A DNA stretch of 41,370 nucleotides from Acanthaster planci. Lineage: Eukaryota. Position numbers and translations under genes: made by a program. Of the stretch, positions 11,700 through 22,174 are shown in pieces. The notes beneath the pieces were generated by a model. That model saw only the letters and a list, made by a program, of their open reading frames with translations. It was not told where the DNA came from and made no database searches. Position 1 is the stretch's first letter. Every line of letters starts with the position of its first letter. The stretch is from NCBI RefSeq assembly GCF_001949145.1, contig NW_019091360.1:273357-314726 (forward strand), in the 5' to 3' direction.

Positions 11700-11943
11700 T
11701 TGAACTCAGCCCACACTAGTTGTTAATTTTTGAAGACTGTAAAGATATTAATATATTGCAGTTTCATGTGCAAAGCTGATATAAAACACATTAAGGGGAT
11801 TGCCATCACCTTGTACTTTCTGATCATGACATTTTCAGTCCATTTACAAATTTAAAATGCAAATAATGTATAAAATTGTCAAACACTGGCATTGAACTCC
11901 GCCCACACTATTAGTTAATTCATGAAGACCGTGAAGACATTAA
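11700..11943 (+). repeat. ~50-bp imperfect direct repeat between the convergent stop codons
   Basis: TTGAACTCAGCCCACACTAGTTGTTAATTTTTGAAGACTGTAAAGATATTA (11700) vs TTGAACTCCGCCCACACTATTAGTTAATTCATGAAGACCGTGAAGACATTA (11892). Confidence 0.8.
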
Positions 11944-11996
11944 GTTATTACAGTAACATAATCAAATGTTTCTCCCCTGTCCGATGTTGAATATAT

Positions 11997-13860
11997 TTAG
12001 AGTTTACGACATTTAGCATTCACACTGTCTCTAAGCTGACGAAGTTCTGCTCCTGATGAACATCCAGGGTACTCCTTTTCTACTTGAGACAACAGGGCCT
12101 TAAATTTATCCTCTCTGCTAAGGGCTAGTTTAACAACAGGTCCCGATTTACTTGGAGCGACACCACCGTTATATGAGCGCTGTAACAGTTCCTCCCTGGA
12201 GTAGAAGATTGGTAGCAGCTTTAGCAGGAGCGCACTACCACTGGTACTCTTGAAGAATACGTCTTCATAGACCCGCTTTTCGATGGCAAGGGTTGCTATA
12301 TCCGGATCACCGATGGTCACGATACTGCTGTTGGAGTCAGGTGAGATGTAGGATGGATGCCGGCGGCTTTCTCTGCACGGAACAGGATTAGGAACTGAAT
12401 TGTTCGCAAGAAGTGCAGCTGTTAGGGCCGAAATATTGTCCTTGAATAACTCACTAAATGAGGAGAACTCTTGGGAGAGTTTTGCCAAATCGGATTTGAC
12501 CGACTGAACCTCCATCATGAGCATCTTCTGGTTTGCCTTTATCTCCTGTAGCTCATCAGTCGGTGCAAACAAGCTGTTGAGAAAGTCACTTGTTAGTGAT
12601 GTATCTGCTCCAGCCGGCTTCGGGGAGGGAGGCGGAGGTGACATAGCAGATGGAGGNNNNNNNNNNNNNNNNNNNNNNNNNNNNNNNNNNNNNNNNNNNN
12701 NNNNNNNNNNNNNNNNNNNNNNNNNNNNNNNNNNNNNNNNNNNNNNNNNNNNNNNNNNNNGGTGGAGGTGATGGGGCAGGTGGAAGTGACAAGGCCGGTG
12801 GAGGCGATGCGGGTGGAGGCAACGTTGCAGTTGGAAGCAGCACGATGGGTGGAGGCGATGGGGCACGTGGAGGTGACGGGGCAGGTGGAGGCGTTGTAGG
12901 AGGTGGAGATGATGGTGGTCGACGCTTGGCACTTTCAGGTCCACTGTTTGCTGACAAATCGCTGAGTTCCACCTTGCCTTTGTCCCCTGGCTTTAGAAGT
13001 GAGACGAGCGGTTCATCATCAGAGTCAGTGTCCTGGTTGGTAGAAGAACCTGAAACAAAGCAGTGACCAAATTTGAAAATATACCCTTAAAGTATGAAAG
13101 TAACATGGTACATGTACCATCAAAAACAAAAAGGGGACTTTTTGTCCATCGACACTTCCGTTAAAGTACTCGTAACTTGGGGAACAATATTTCAATCCAT
13201 ATCCATAAATTTGATATACCTAACAGCTCAACCATATAGATTACAAGGCAAAGCATCCATCTGGAAACATAAAATATCTTGTGTGGTAAATTTTGCGTGT
13301 GGAGCTATGCTGTTAACCATCAATTGACTACTTCCAATCGAATGACTTGGATAATTCATTTGTACATTTTGCAGGCCAGTCATTTGAAACAATGTAGGGT
13401 ATATAGGAAGCTATTCCAATCTTTGATTTTTCTAGGAAAAACTTGGGTTGAAAACTCTAGTTCTTGCGTAGATTTGGCTGAGTTCGGGTTTAAGACCCTG
13501 AGTAGAATGGATACACTTATTTGGGGTTATGAAGTGAAAACCATGTGAATTGCAACTGGATTCGAAAAAAAACAAAAACTGAGTTCAACGAGTCATAATT
13601 ACAGTTCTTAATGCCTATGAGAAAGCCGTCTTCTGTTTTGAAGTATAGAAGTATAGAAAAAGAAGATAAAGAAAAGCAAAAAACTCACCAGGCACTCTGA
13701 CGATCTTCGCTTTGTAGCAGCCGGATTTATAGGTGACTGGCACCACTGCATCAGCGACGATATCGGCATCCTTACATTTCAGCCTTCCCCTTACTACATC
13801 TTCCACAACTCCAGCATATCTCGCTGGAGTTAACCACGAAACAGTAACTTGATTATGCAT
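11997..13860 (-). CDS. BEN-domain protein (N-terminal beta-rich domain, Pro-rich linker, coiled coil, C-terminal BEN); exons 13860-13689 and 13049-11997
   Basis: ATG at 13860; donor G|GTGAGT at 13688; acceptor TTTGTTTCAG| at 13050; both phase 1. Coiled coil LQEIKANQKMLMMEVQSVKSDLAKL. BEN-like C-terminus LLLKLLPIFYSREELLQRSYNG…L…ALLSQV…LRDSVNAKCRKL*. No stops in the sequenced parts; the apparent frame change falls inside the N gap at 12657-12760. Confidence 0.78.
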
Positions 13861-15993
13861 TGCTTGAGCTTGACGGTGATTTACGTTGACTTCAGTACTC
13901 TACAGAATCGCAAGTTGGAATGCCAGGAACACTTCGTTTTGCTGCTTTTTAATACGCCGTTTGGAACTTCTTTGATTGACACTTGACAGGTGATCAGCGG
14001 CAACATAAATTATTGCGGCGCATCTTTAGAAGACCTTCACATTGACTTCTGCAAAGCACTGGGCGCTTTTGTAAAAAGACACCGATCCAGAAACAATCAT
14101 AAGCGTATGGTCGCCATTTTCCCTTTGACACAATAGAGCTTAATTAGTTGGCATGGCCATCAACTTTAAGCGTTCGTGAGGATGTATTGATCAGCACGGA
14201 ACTTTTGACAACTTGGAGGAACGACGATGCGTCCACCAGGCCTGATGTATTTTGCAATGGGAATACGAAGTCGGCAATTTCAGTGGTGACTGATAAATAC
14301 ATGTGTAAATCTGTCTGTAATTAATGCACCTTCCTCGCGAGTGGTATTGTGTTTCCATGCTAAATGCCTAGTACGAAGAGTATCAAAAATCCGACACATG
14401 AGGGGAATGGATATTTCAGAGCAATGCATTGGGAGAGTATGACATTACATGTATTTGCTGAAGGTGGGTTTATACTGCAAGGGAGGCGGGGAGAGAACGA
14501 GAAGTATAATCCCAAACTTCTTTATGGTTTATGGTCTACCCTTTTGCAGTTCATTGCAGAAGCAGATCTCCCCCATTGTTTTGGGGAAAATGCTACTGAA
14601 TTTTTTTTTCTCGAGGTGACCATGTTCAAAGAATATTGGGTATTTTTTTGAACATTTTTACACAAAACGACTACTGGAAAACTTTTTCGAGGTGACCATG
14701 TTCAATGAATTTTGGTAAACTTTTGCTTGGTTCAACATAGCTGAAATATTTCCTAAAAATTTCTTGATTCAAGCTGCTTCCACAGAACGCCGAAAGCCAT
14801 TTCTTTTCCCCCTTTTTTTTTAAAGTTTGACTATGGATCCGCTGCTGGAAAAAATATATAATTTATACGGACAACAATCGGATTTAGGAGAAAATGGGGG
14901 GAACCTTAGTATTTGAAATGTGTATGTAATCATGGCGCCGGAAAAAAAGAAGCTTATTAACTACCTTTGGCCAGTAGTACAGACTACAACGCTCGCAGAT
15001 CTACTCCCTTTCATAAATCTCTGATGAAATTATGTGAATGCGACTTTATTTTGAATGATGATTTCAGTAGGGATAAAAACGTTTGGCAACATGCTAACGT
15101 TGATGCTGGTTTTTACTTTTTACAAAAACGCAAACTCTAAGTAAAGTTGACATTAAGAAAAACACAACGAAATTCACCAGGGTTGCAATATGTTCATCAA
15201 TTTTGCAGATAAAAAAGAGCGCGAATACCTTCTGTGTCATGTAAATATAGCAGGACGTCTGGCTCGTTACGTACATGTATGTAACCCAGCCCTTGACTTT
15301 TTAGTTGAACGTACATAACGGTTGTGTTCAACACATGTACAAAAGTGTTGAAGTCAACATGTCAAATTTAAGTCAAGTCGGGAGTCGCAAGTAATATTTT
15401 TTCAAGTCAAGTCGTGCCTCACATTTAGTCACAAAAAGAAATAGAAATGCGACTCCAGTCATCAACACGGCACATCCAGATATTTACCCTATAAATCATA
15501 AACTGTCAAATGCACTTTTTTCGTGCAGGAAGCTCTTAAATTTAAATCTTCAGTTTATTACATGAGATTCTTATTAACGTTATCAAAACTTTGTTGGCAT
15601 TTTGCATTTTTCATCACTCACAAGTCTCAACCAAAAATACTACTTTACGTATACGTTACGGAGATCATTTCCCAGAACTGCAAACCAACAACACAAACAA
15701 TGCAACCGGAGCAAAAGTATGTTCTTGGGAGCGAAACAGTGACATACAATGTGCGCGTTTTTTCCCCCTTAAAAAATGCCCGAGAAATATTGGAGTCGGT
15801 ATGCCGGCTTCAATAGAGACAGCTTTGTAATGTCACCGCGGTGGCCGCAGTCAGTTGCTAATTCCTCTGTGGAACCAACCGCGATCACCGCGGTCCGCAC
15901 GTATTTCAATAAAAATAGGGGCTTTGTTAGTCAGTTGCTCTGATACGTAAAGTGAGCAGGACACCGCAGTCGTCGGCTTGTAACTAAGGATTG

Positions 15994-16048
15994 GACAAAC
16001 TGCGGTGACTTCAGTCAAACCGCGGTTCAACCTTTTTGCAAAGCCGCC
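15994..16048 (-). repeat. Right TIR of the Zator-like element
   Basis: Reverse complement reads GGCGGCTTTGCAAAAAGGTTG-AA-CCGCGGTTTGAC…GTCACCGCAGTTTGTCC. Confidence 0.92.
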
Positions 16049-16051
16049 TTA

Positions 16052-19000
16052 CAGGACATGAAACTTTCTTTCCAGAAAATAATGTCTAAAGATATTGATA
16101 TTACTCATGAAAATCAAATTGTCAACCTATGTCTTTTGAAAGTGTACACACAGACAACTGACACATCTCTTGAGAATGGTTCAGTACTTTTGTCCGGCCT
16201 TTATTATTTGTATACTGACAGTATTTCTGTGTTAATACAAAGGCATGAAGATCTCAATTTTAATTCCTGTGTGAGAACAAGTCAATGGCTGTTGTCATCT
16301 GTTATGAGCACATTTGGAGAACTGCTTACTGTTCATCGTCTAGATGCACGCAAGCAAAGTACTCTTATCATATACACCAACTTGGATTTGAAGAAATCTC
16401 TGCACCATGTTTTGGCCAAAAAGCGGTCTGAGAAGGTAAGAAAATGTAATGAAACAACCAGCTCATCTGGTGCCGCGGCATCTTTGATAGACACAGGAGG
16501 CAGCTTCATGATGTTGGTGAAGCACATTTTACAAGAGCTGTCATCAGGGTTAAAAGTTCAGTCAAGGAAAATGACTGAATTTTATAAACAAAACCCACTC
16601 GCACTTGTAAACTTTCAATATGAGGACTTACTGAGAATGATGGATCCGGTTATCTTCAATTTTATGTCCTATCTGACCATGAATGATCAGGAACAGAAGC
16701 TTGTGGCAGATTTTCCATCTGATTCATTTATTCTTTCTGAAGCACCAGCTGACCATGCCAAACGACAGTTGCATAAGCGTATTAATGTTGTTCTTATATT
16801 ACATTTTATTGTTAATGAGAGCAATAACTACCCACTTCACATAGTAATTGCAAACTGTATACACCGTCTGTCAAATTCCACTAAACCGATTTAAATTTTC
16901 AACCAGGCTGGACTCTCTGTATCCAGAGATACCCTAGATAGGTTTCTGGAAGAAGTGAAAGAAACAAGATCCAGGAAAACTCCACTTGAGCAATTGGAAA
17001 GGTCAACATTTACGATTTTGTCTGTTGATTATATAGATGTGCTTTCTTCGTATGCTGCTGTTACTTCTAAAGGTAAAGCAAGAAGCTGGCATGGAACATC
17101 TATCACAGCTCAACAGCTAAAACCTTAAGAGATGCTTTCCAATATAGAAATTATTTCTAATAATTCCACAGATTTTGATTCTATTCATATTTTTGGAGAC
17201 GGCTTGTGTTTTTATCAACGAGTAGTGGTGTATGGAGATTTGCAATTTCTGGAATGTCCTAGAGACATGGTTGGTCTTCCACAAGATGTTGCTTATCAGG
17301 AAAGAGAAAGTGTCAAATCCTCATTGATAATGCAAGCTGTTTGTGATGTTTTACAACAACATGAAAGTATTTTTGAACTGCTACCTGATGCAGAAAAACA
17401 ACATCTTCTCGACATTGATCAAAACAAGTCATATCCAGACTTTACTGCTCGCATTGATGATAACAGGAAGCTGGGTACATATGCAGGTCACCTGGAAATT
17501 TGTGCTGCATCATATATTGCCAAAACTGCAATCGGGCTTTTCAAGAAAACGAGTAAGGGATACAAGCAAATTGCCAAGTATCCAACCAATCCATCAGTCT
17601 TATATTTGTATCTTGTATTCAAGAAAAGTCTAATTTCAGCTATTTGTATGTTCTAAATGCAAAGGCTGATACAGCCTGTAGGGGAGTTGTGCCAGTTCCT
17701 GGAAACACCAAGGGCCATCTGTTTACCTAGTGGCATGCCTTATAAAGGTTCAAAGTCTGTAGTATATGATCTTTTTGCCAAAAGGTACAATAAGCACGTT
17801 GTTACAAATTCCTTAACGTTGCCCAAAGGTAACTCAATAACATAAATAGCTGAAAGAATGAATATCATTTACACATCCCCACTGCCTTTTTGGAGAACTT
17901 TTTCAGAATATGCAGATATGCTCGCATCTCGATGGATTTTACATTGTATTAAGAAAGGATACTCTGAGGTAACAATATTGTTTGATCAGGTTAATACTCA
18001 AGGTCTGTCCCCAAAGTTGCTAGAATGCTCCCAAAGAGATGGTGATCCACAAACTGGAAATGAGCCATTAGATGATATACAGGGTGACACAAAGCTTCCT
18101 GGCATTAAGTGGAATGAGTTTCTGAAAACCCCCCCAAAAAACAAGCAGCTCCTGTGCAACTTCTTGTTAACAGATTCATTCAGATCGTTTCCTCATGGCT
18201 CAAGACTCCATGGAAGAAGTTTGTAACTGCAGGTGGATTTAAATCTAAGTGTGGATTCTATGGACTTGAAGTCACTATGAATAAACAGTCACATTTTTGT
18301 TTTAGCAACCATGAAGAGTCAGACACCAGAATTTGGCTTTATGTACAGGAATCATCATGTTCAGTTGTACATGTACATGTGTATTCTGTTGATCGCGACA
18401 TTTCGATGATAGGTCTTCCCTTGGCAATACAGAAAGAAATTATTGTTCAGTACAGAGCAAAGCCAGGAGACAATAAGTTTATTCATACCCAAAAGTTAAA
18501 GGACTGTCTAGAAAGAGATCCTGATTTAGTAAGAATTGTTGAAAGGGGCCATGACTTGTTTAAAATTATTCAGGTTGTGTTTATATGTAGCGGTTGTGAT
18601 TTTGTTTCTTATTTTGCCTGTTTAGGAAAACTGTCATTTTTTAACATTTTTTTCAGTATTCATCCTTTGTATGTGGGCTGTTGCATGGAAGTGGCTAAGG
18701 GATTTTATCACATACAACCCTTAATGAAGATTGTGATGTGGGATTACTTTCATTTTACAGATTCATTGGATGTGTATATTTCTGAGCACAAAGAAGCTAC
18801 TTAAACAAATATTCATCTCCTATTGAACTATTTTAGATTTTACATGTGAATTGCACATCCCAGTACAACATGCATGTAATATTTCTACAGAAAATCAAAA
18901 AGGCCACGTGGAAAGGCACATACATGTATGAGGATGAATTACTGCCTTCAGATGATGCCTTGAAATTTCACTGGCTTCGATCATGCTGGGTAAGCACTGT

Positions 19001-19537
19001 GTGGGGAAAAGTGTTGGAGCCTGTTTTTATGTACCCTGATTGTCAGACTATGGTTGGAGAATTTCAGATGAAAACAACTCTTTAGACGTACAGTGGGACC
19101 CAGAAGAAAACATGCAGCTTATTCGGGAAAATGTACAATTTCTGACAAGGGGTTGCACGTGCAGCAAAAATCAGAGCAAAACAAAAGTCTGCAAATATAA
19201 AAAAGCAAATCGTCTTTGTGGTCCAGGTTGCACTTGTAAAGAGTGTCAAAATGCACTTATTTCAGCCTATTCTGTAGATAATGTTGAATATGACAGTCAA
19301 GAAAATGACTTTGATAAAGACAGTGGTGAAGAAGACACTGATAGTGAAAAGGACTCCATTTCCCATGATACTGTTTCTCTTGATTCCAGCCTGAGTTATA
19401 ACAATATTACTTGTGATCATGACAATCACAGTGTTCCTGTAACAGAGTTGTTTAATATATTTGATGAATCTGAAGTAAGTGGTACATACATGTACACTGA
19501 AATTGTAGAAGGTGAACAAAGTGACAATGAAATTTAA
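16052..19537 (+). pseudogene. Academ(X)-like transposon ORF, 3' part: helical region, first DDE motif, OTU domain, [deletion], XPG/PIN nuclease, Cys8/CXC finger, acidic tail
   Basis: IFNQAGLSVSRDTLDRF, and FTILSVDYID…RSWHGTS (~17010-17127, DNID…HGT-type motif). XPG/FEN1-like motifs ILFD, HEESDTRI, SVDRD, GCDFVSYF..LGK and LLPSDDALKFHWLRS…YGW. Cys-rich GCTC…C…CGPGCTCKECQN. This DDE-XPG-Cys8 order is that of AcademX. There are many stops and frameshifts, and the termini were not identified. Confidence 0.78.
17170..17600 (+). pseudogene. OTU-like cysteine protease domain, C-terminally truncated
   Basis: IFGDGLCFYQRV (GDGNCxF-type Cys box) and GTYAGHLEICAASY (WGGxxEIxAxS-type box). The catalytic His box is not seen before the junction near 17600. 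Confidence 0.7.
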
Positions 19538-19904
19538 CCAGTTCCTGCCGGGGACTCGGGGATCGGAGATGTATGGCTTATTTGGGTGGCCGGGGTCTTC
19601 GAACTCGGATAAAGGAAACAGGGCCCTGTAACAAAAGACCGTACCCCGAATAACAGACCAGGCTGCTGGGCATTACCAACATTTTTCACTCTCAAAAGTG
19701 GTGATAACCCAGCTTTGTTTTGAAACCGTATATCAGGGTTTGGGCATTGAGAACGAGCGGATTACCACCAGGGACAAAAGCGCTCCACCACTGCAGCGAT
19801 GAACCACACAGCACCGCTGCACGCTAATCTGGCCCCTATTGAAAAGAGGTCAGTAGTGCACTAAGCCAGGTTTGTGAACAAAAGACAGTTATACAACACC
19901 GCAC
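19538..19904. mobile_element. Left part of a piggyBac-like insertion; other end probably in the N gap
   Basis: TTAA (19534-19537, overlapping the ORF stop) is followed by CCAGTTCCTGCCGG, with an abrupt rise in GC. It resembles the termini at 59-72 and 39521. Confidence 0.45.
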
Positions 19905-22174
19905 NNNNNNNNNNNNNNNNNNNNNNNNNNNNNNNNNNNNNNNNNNNNNNNNNNNNNNNNNNNNNNNNNNNNNNNNNNNNNNNNNNNNNNNNNNNNNNNN
20001 NNNNNNNNNNNNNNNNNNNNNNNNNNNNNNNNNNNNNNNNNNNNNNNNNNNNNNNNNNNNNNNNNNNNNNNNNNNNNNNNNNNNNNNNNNNNNNNNNNNN
20101 NNNNNNNNNNNNNNNNNNNNNNNNNNNNNNNNNNNNNNNNNNNNNNNNNNNNNNNNNNNNNNNNNNNNNNNNNNNNNNNNNNNNNNNNNNNNNNNNNNNN
20201 NNNNNNNNNNNNNNNNNNNNNNNNNNNNNNNNNNNNNNNNNNNNNNNNNNNNNNNNNNNNNNNNNNNNNNNNNNNNNNNNNNNNNNNNNNNNNNNNNNNN
20301 NNNNNNNNNNNNNNNNNNNNNNNNNNNNNNNNNNNNNNNNNNNNNNNNNNNNNNNNNNNNNNNNNNNNNNNNNNNNNNNNNNNNNNNNNNNNNNNNNNNN
20401 NNNNNNNNNNNNNNNNNNNNNNNNNNNNNNNNNNNNNNNNNNNNNNNNNNNNNNNNNNNNNNNNNNNNNNNNNNNNNNNNNNNNNNNNNNNNNNNNNNCA
20501 TTCAACTACTCGGTATGTTATGCTGTGCTAAAAGTAATGTCTTAATTACCTGTGACATTGAAACGTCATTGTAATATTTTCTGTTGTTGAGTACGGGTAT
20601 GGAGGGTGCAACTTTTTTTCTAAAAATAGTCTCAATTGTTTTTATGTACATGTAACATCTCGGATTGTTTACCTATAAATTTTTATTCCAAAGCAATTGC
20701 CGTTCAGCCTGCTCCGGGCTAATGTATTTTATTTCTTGAAACGGCACTTTTATTTCCAAATGCTCATTAGTACAAATAAGTGATGCTTGTTTTCAAACAT
20801 TGTGAAAGGTGCTATATTTAAAATGGTTTTATTTTGCTGCCGGTATCACTTTTTCTTTCCAGTTCACTTGCCTGACATTAGTACATGAATATATTTTATT
20901 TCCATAGATATTTTGCGAATTTGCAACAGTGTTGACATGATGTGGCTTTTTGATGCAATAAACAAAGGTGAAGAGAACAAAAGTCAAATGACTTCTATGC
21001 AACATCAGACAATAAACCAAAATGTGCTTTCATTTATGTTAAGTAATTTTCATTATTAAAGTAATTAAATAATTTTTATGGTGTTTTAAAAAAGTGTGCA
21101 GTGTTAAACATTTACATGTATAAGTTAGTTCACTGCAGCTGAAAATAAAGATATGAAATAAAATTTTCTTTAACTGCAGTTAAAAACTAGGATTAGTGTG
21201 TGTGGTTTTTTTGGGGGGGGGATTGTAAGTTATCTGTACAGTATTTCTTCAAAGCAGCAAGAAATGTTTCAGTTCAGTGAAGATTTGGACCAACAACCAG
21301 AGTGTTTCAATTCAAATTCAATCTGGGTTTGTAGACCAGCTGGCCCTAGGTGGGATGATTTTTCGTCATTCTTGTGGCTTGACACTTGAGGAAAAAAATA
21401 CATGCACACGTTCTTGTGATGAAGCAAATTGAAGGGAATTTGAATGTTGATCTCTCAACAAGGGGCGCAAAAACAATTACAATAGAGGGGAGGCTCGTGC
21501 TCACCAATTCCATGCTTGAGACATATAAACCGGTCTATTGTTTTATTCAGGCACCCATGTGAATGTATTAAGAGGTGCGATAATCATGTGCGAAGTAGGA
21601 TACCCGTCATAAGAAATTCCTTGTGCATCAGTATGGCTGTGCTGGATTGGTCAATGAGTGGGGGTTGCCCACGGTTTGACCAATCAAACACACACACTTA
21701 TGTTGTACACGTACTCGTACAACGAAGATTTTCATGAGTTGATTCTTCTTGAGATTCAAAATTTCTTAGGTGAAACTGACTGTTTCGAGCAGATTTGGCA
21801 GATATTTCTGTGATGAGAGATAAGATGAAAGATGTAGCTTTTTGACAAATTGTAAGTTCATTCTGCTGGATCGCGTTCAGAAGAAAAATTGGCATTTTCA
21901 ATGACCACAAATTCATTACAGTAACAACATTTTTTCAGACATCATGTTTCTCCAAACCAACGTTAGAAAAGCAAATGAGTCCATTTTATCACAGCATTTG
22001 AATGTTTTCTTTTTAAGTTTCTGCTTAACTCAAAATTTGAAAGACAAATTTCCAGAAAAAACAAGTTTTCAAAATGTGACCGCCAATCTCATTTAATATG
22101 CATAACCGACCCAGTTGTGCATACACAGCAAATAAACGAAAGCTCTTTTTGGTGTGCTGCGCGCTGACTGTAGC

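Larger units (their letters stand above)
4805..16048. mobile_element. ~11.2-kb Zator-superfamily DNA transposon carrying a transposase and a BEN-domain gene
   Basis: Perfect 21-bp TIR GGCGGCTTTGCAAAAAGGTTG (4805-4825 / 16028-16048), extending imperfectly further inward. TTA TSD at 4802-4804 and 16049-16051. The empty site restores the interrupted ORF. The internal transposase has Zator-type motifs, and 5'-GG ends with a TWA TSD are as described for Zator. Confidence 0.88.

Noticed and set aside
12650..13066. Gly-rich + strand ORF and the His-rich N-terminus of ORF 11997-12944
   Set aside because: These are the antisense and alternative frames of the Pro-rich linker of the BEN gene; the frame is confused by the N gap.
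15343..15470. AGTGTTGA…TCAACACG with AAGTC/GACTC motifs, a possible small hAT-like MITE
   Set aside because: The TIR is too short and degenerate, and no TSD was found.
4802..16051. PIF/Harbinger assignment for the 11-kb element (GGC ends, TTA TSD, two genes)
   Set aside because: The enclosed transposase lacks HARBI1-type motifs and shows Zator/TP36-type motifs. Zator also makes TWA TSDs.
600..22170. Termini of the Academ-like element
   Set aside because: Searched by eye for TAG…CTA-type TIRs with 3-4-bp TSDs. Only a short direct similarity (~880 vs ~21770) was found, so no boundaries are claimed.
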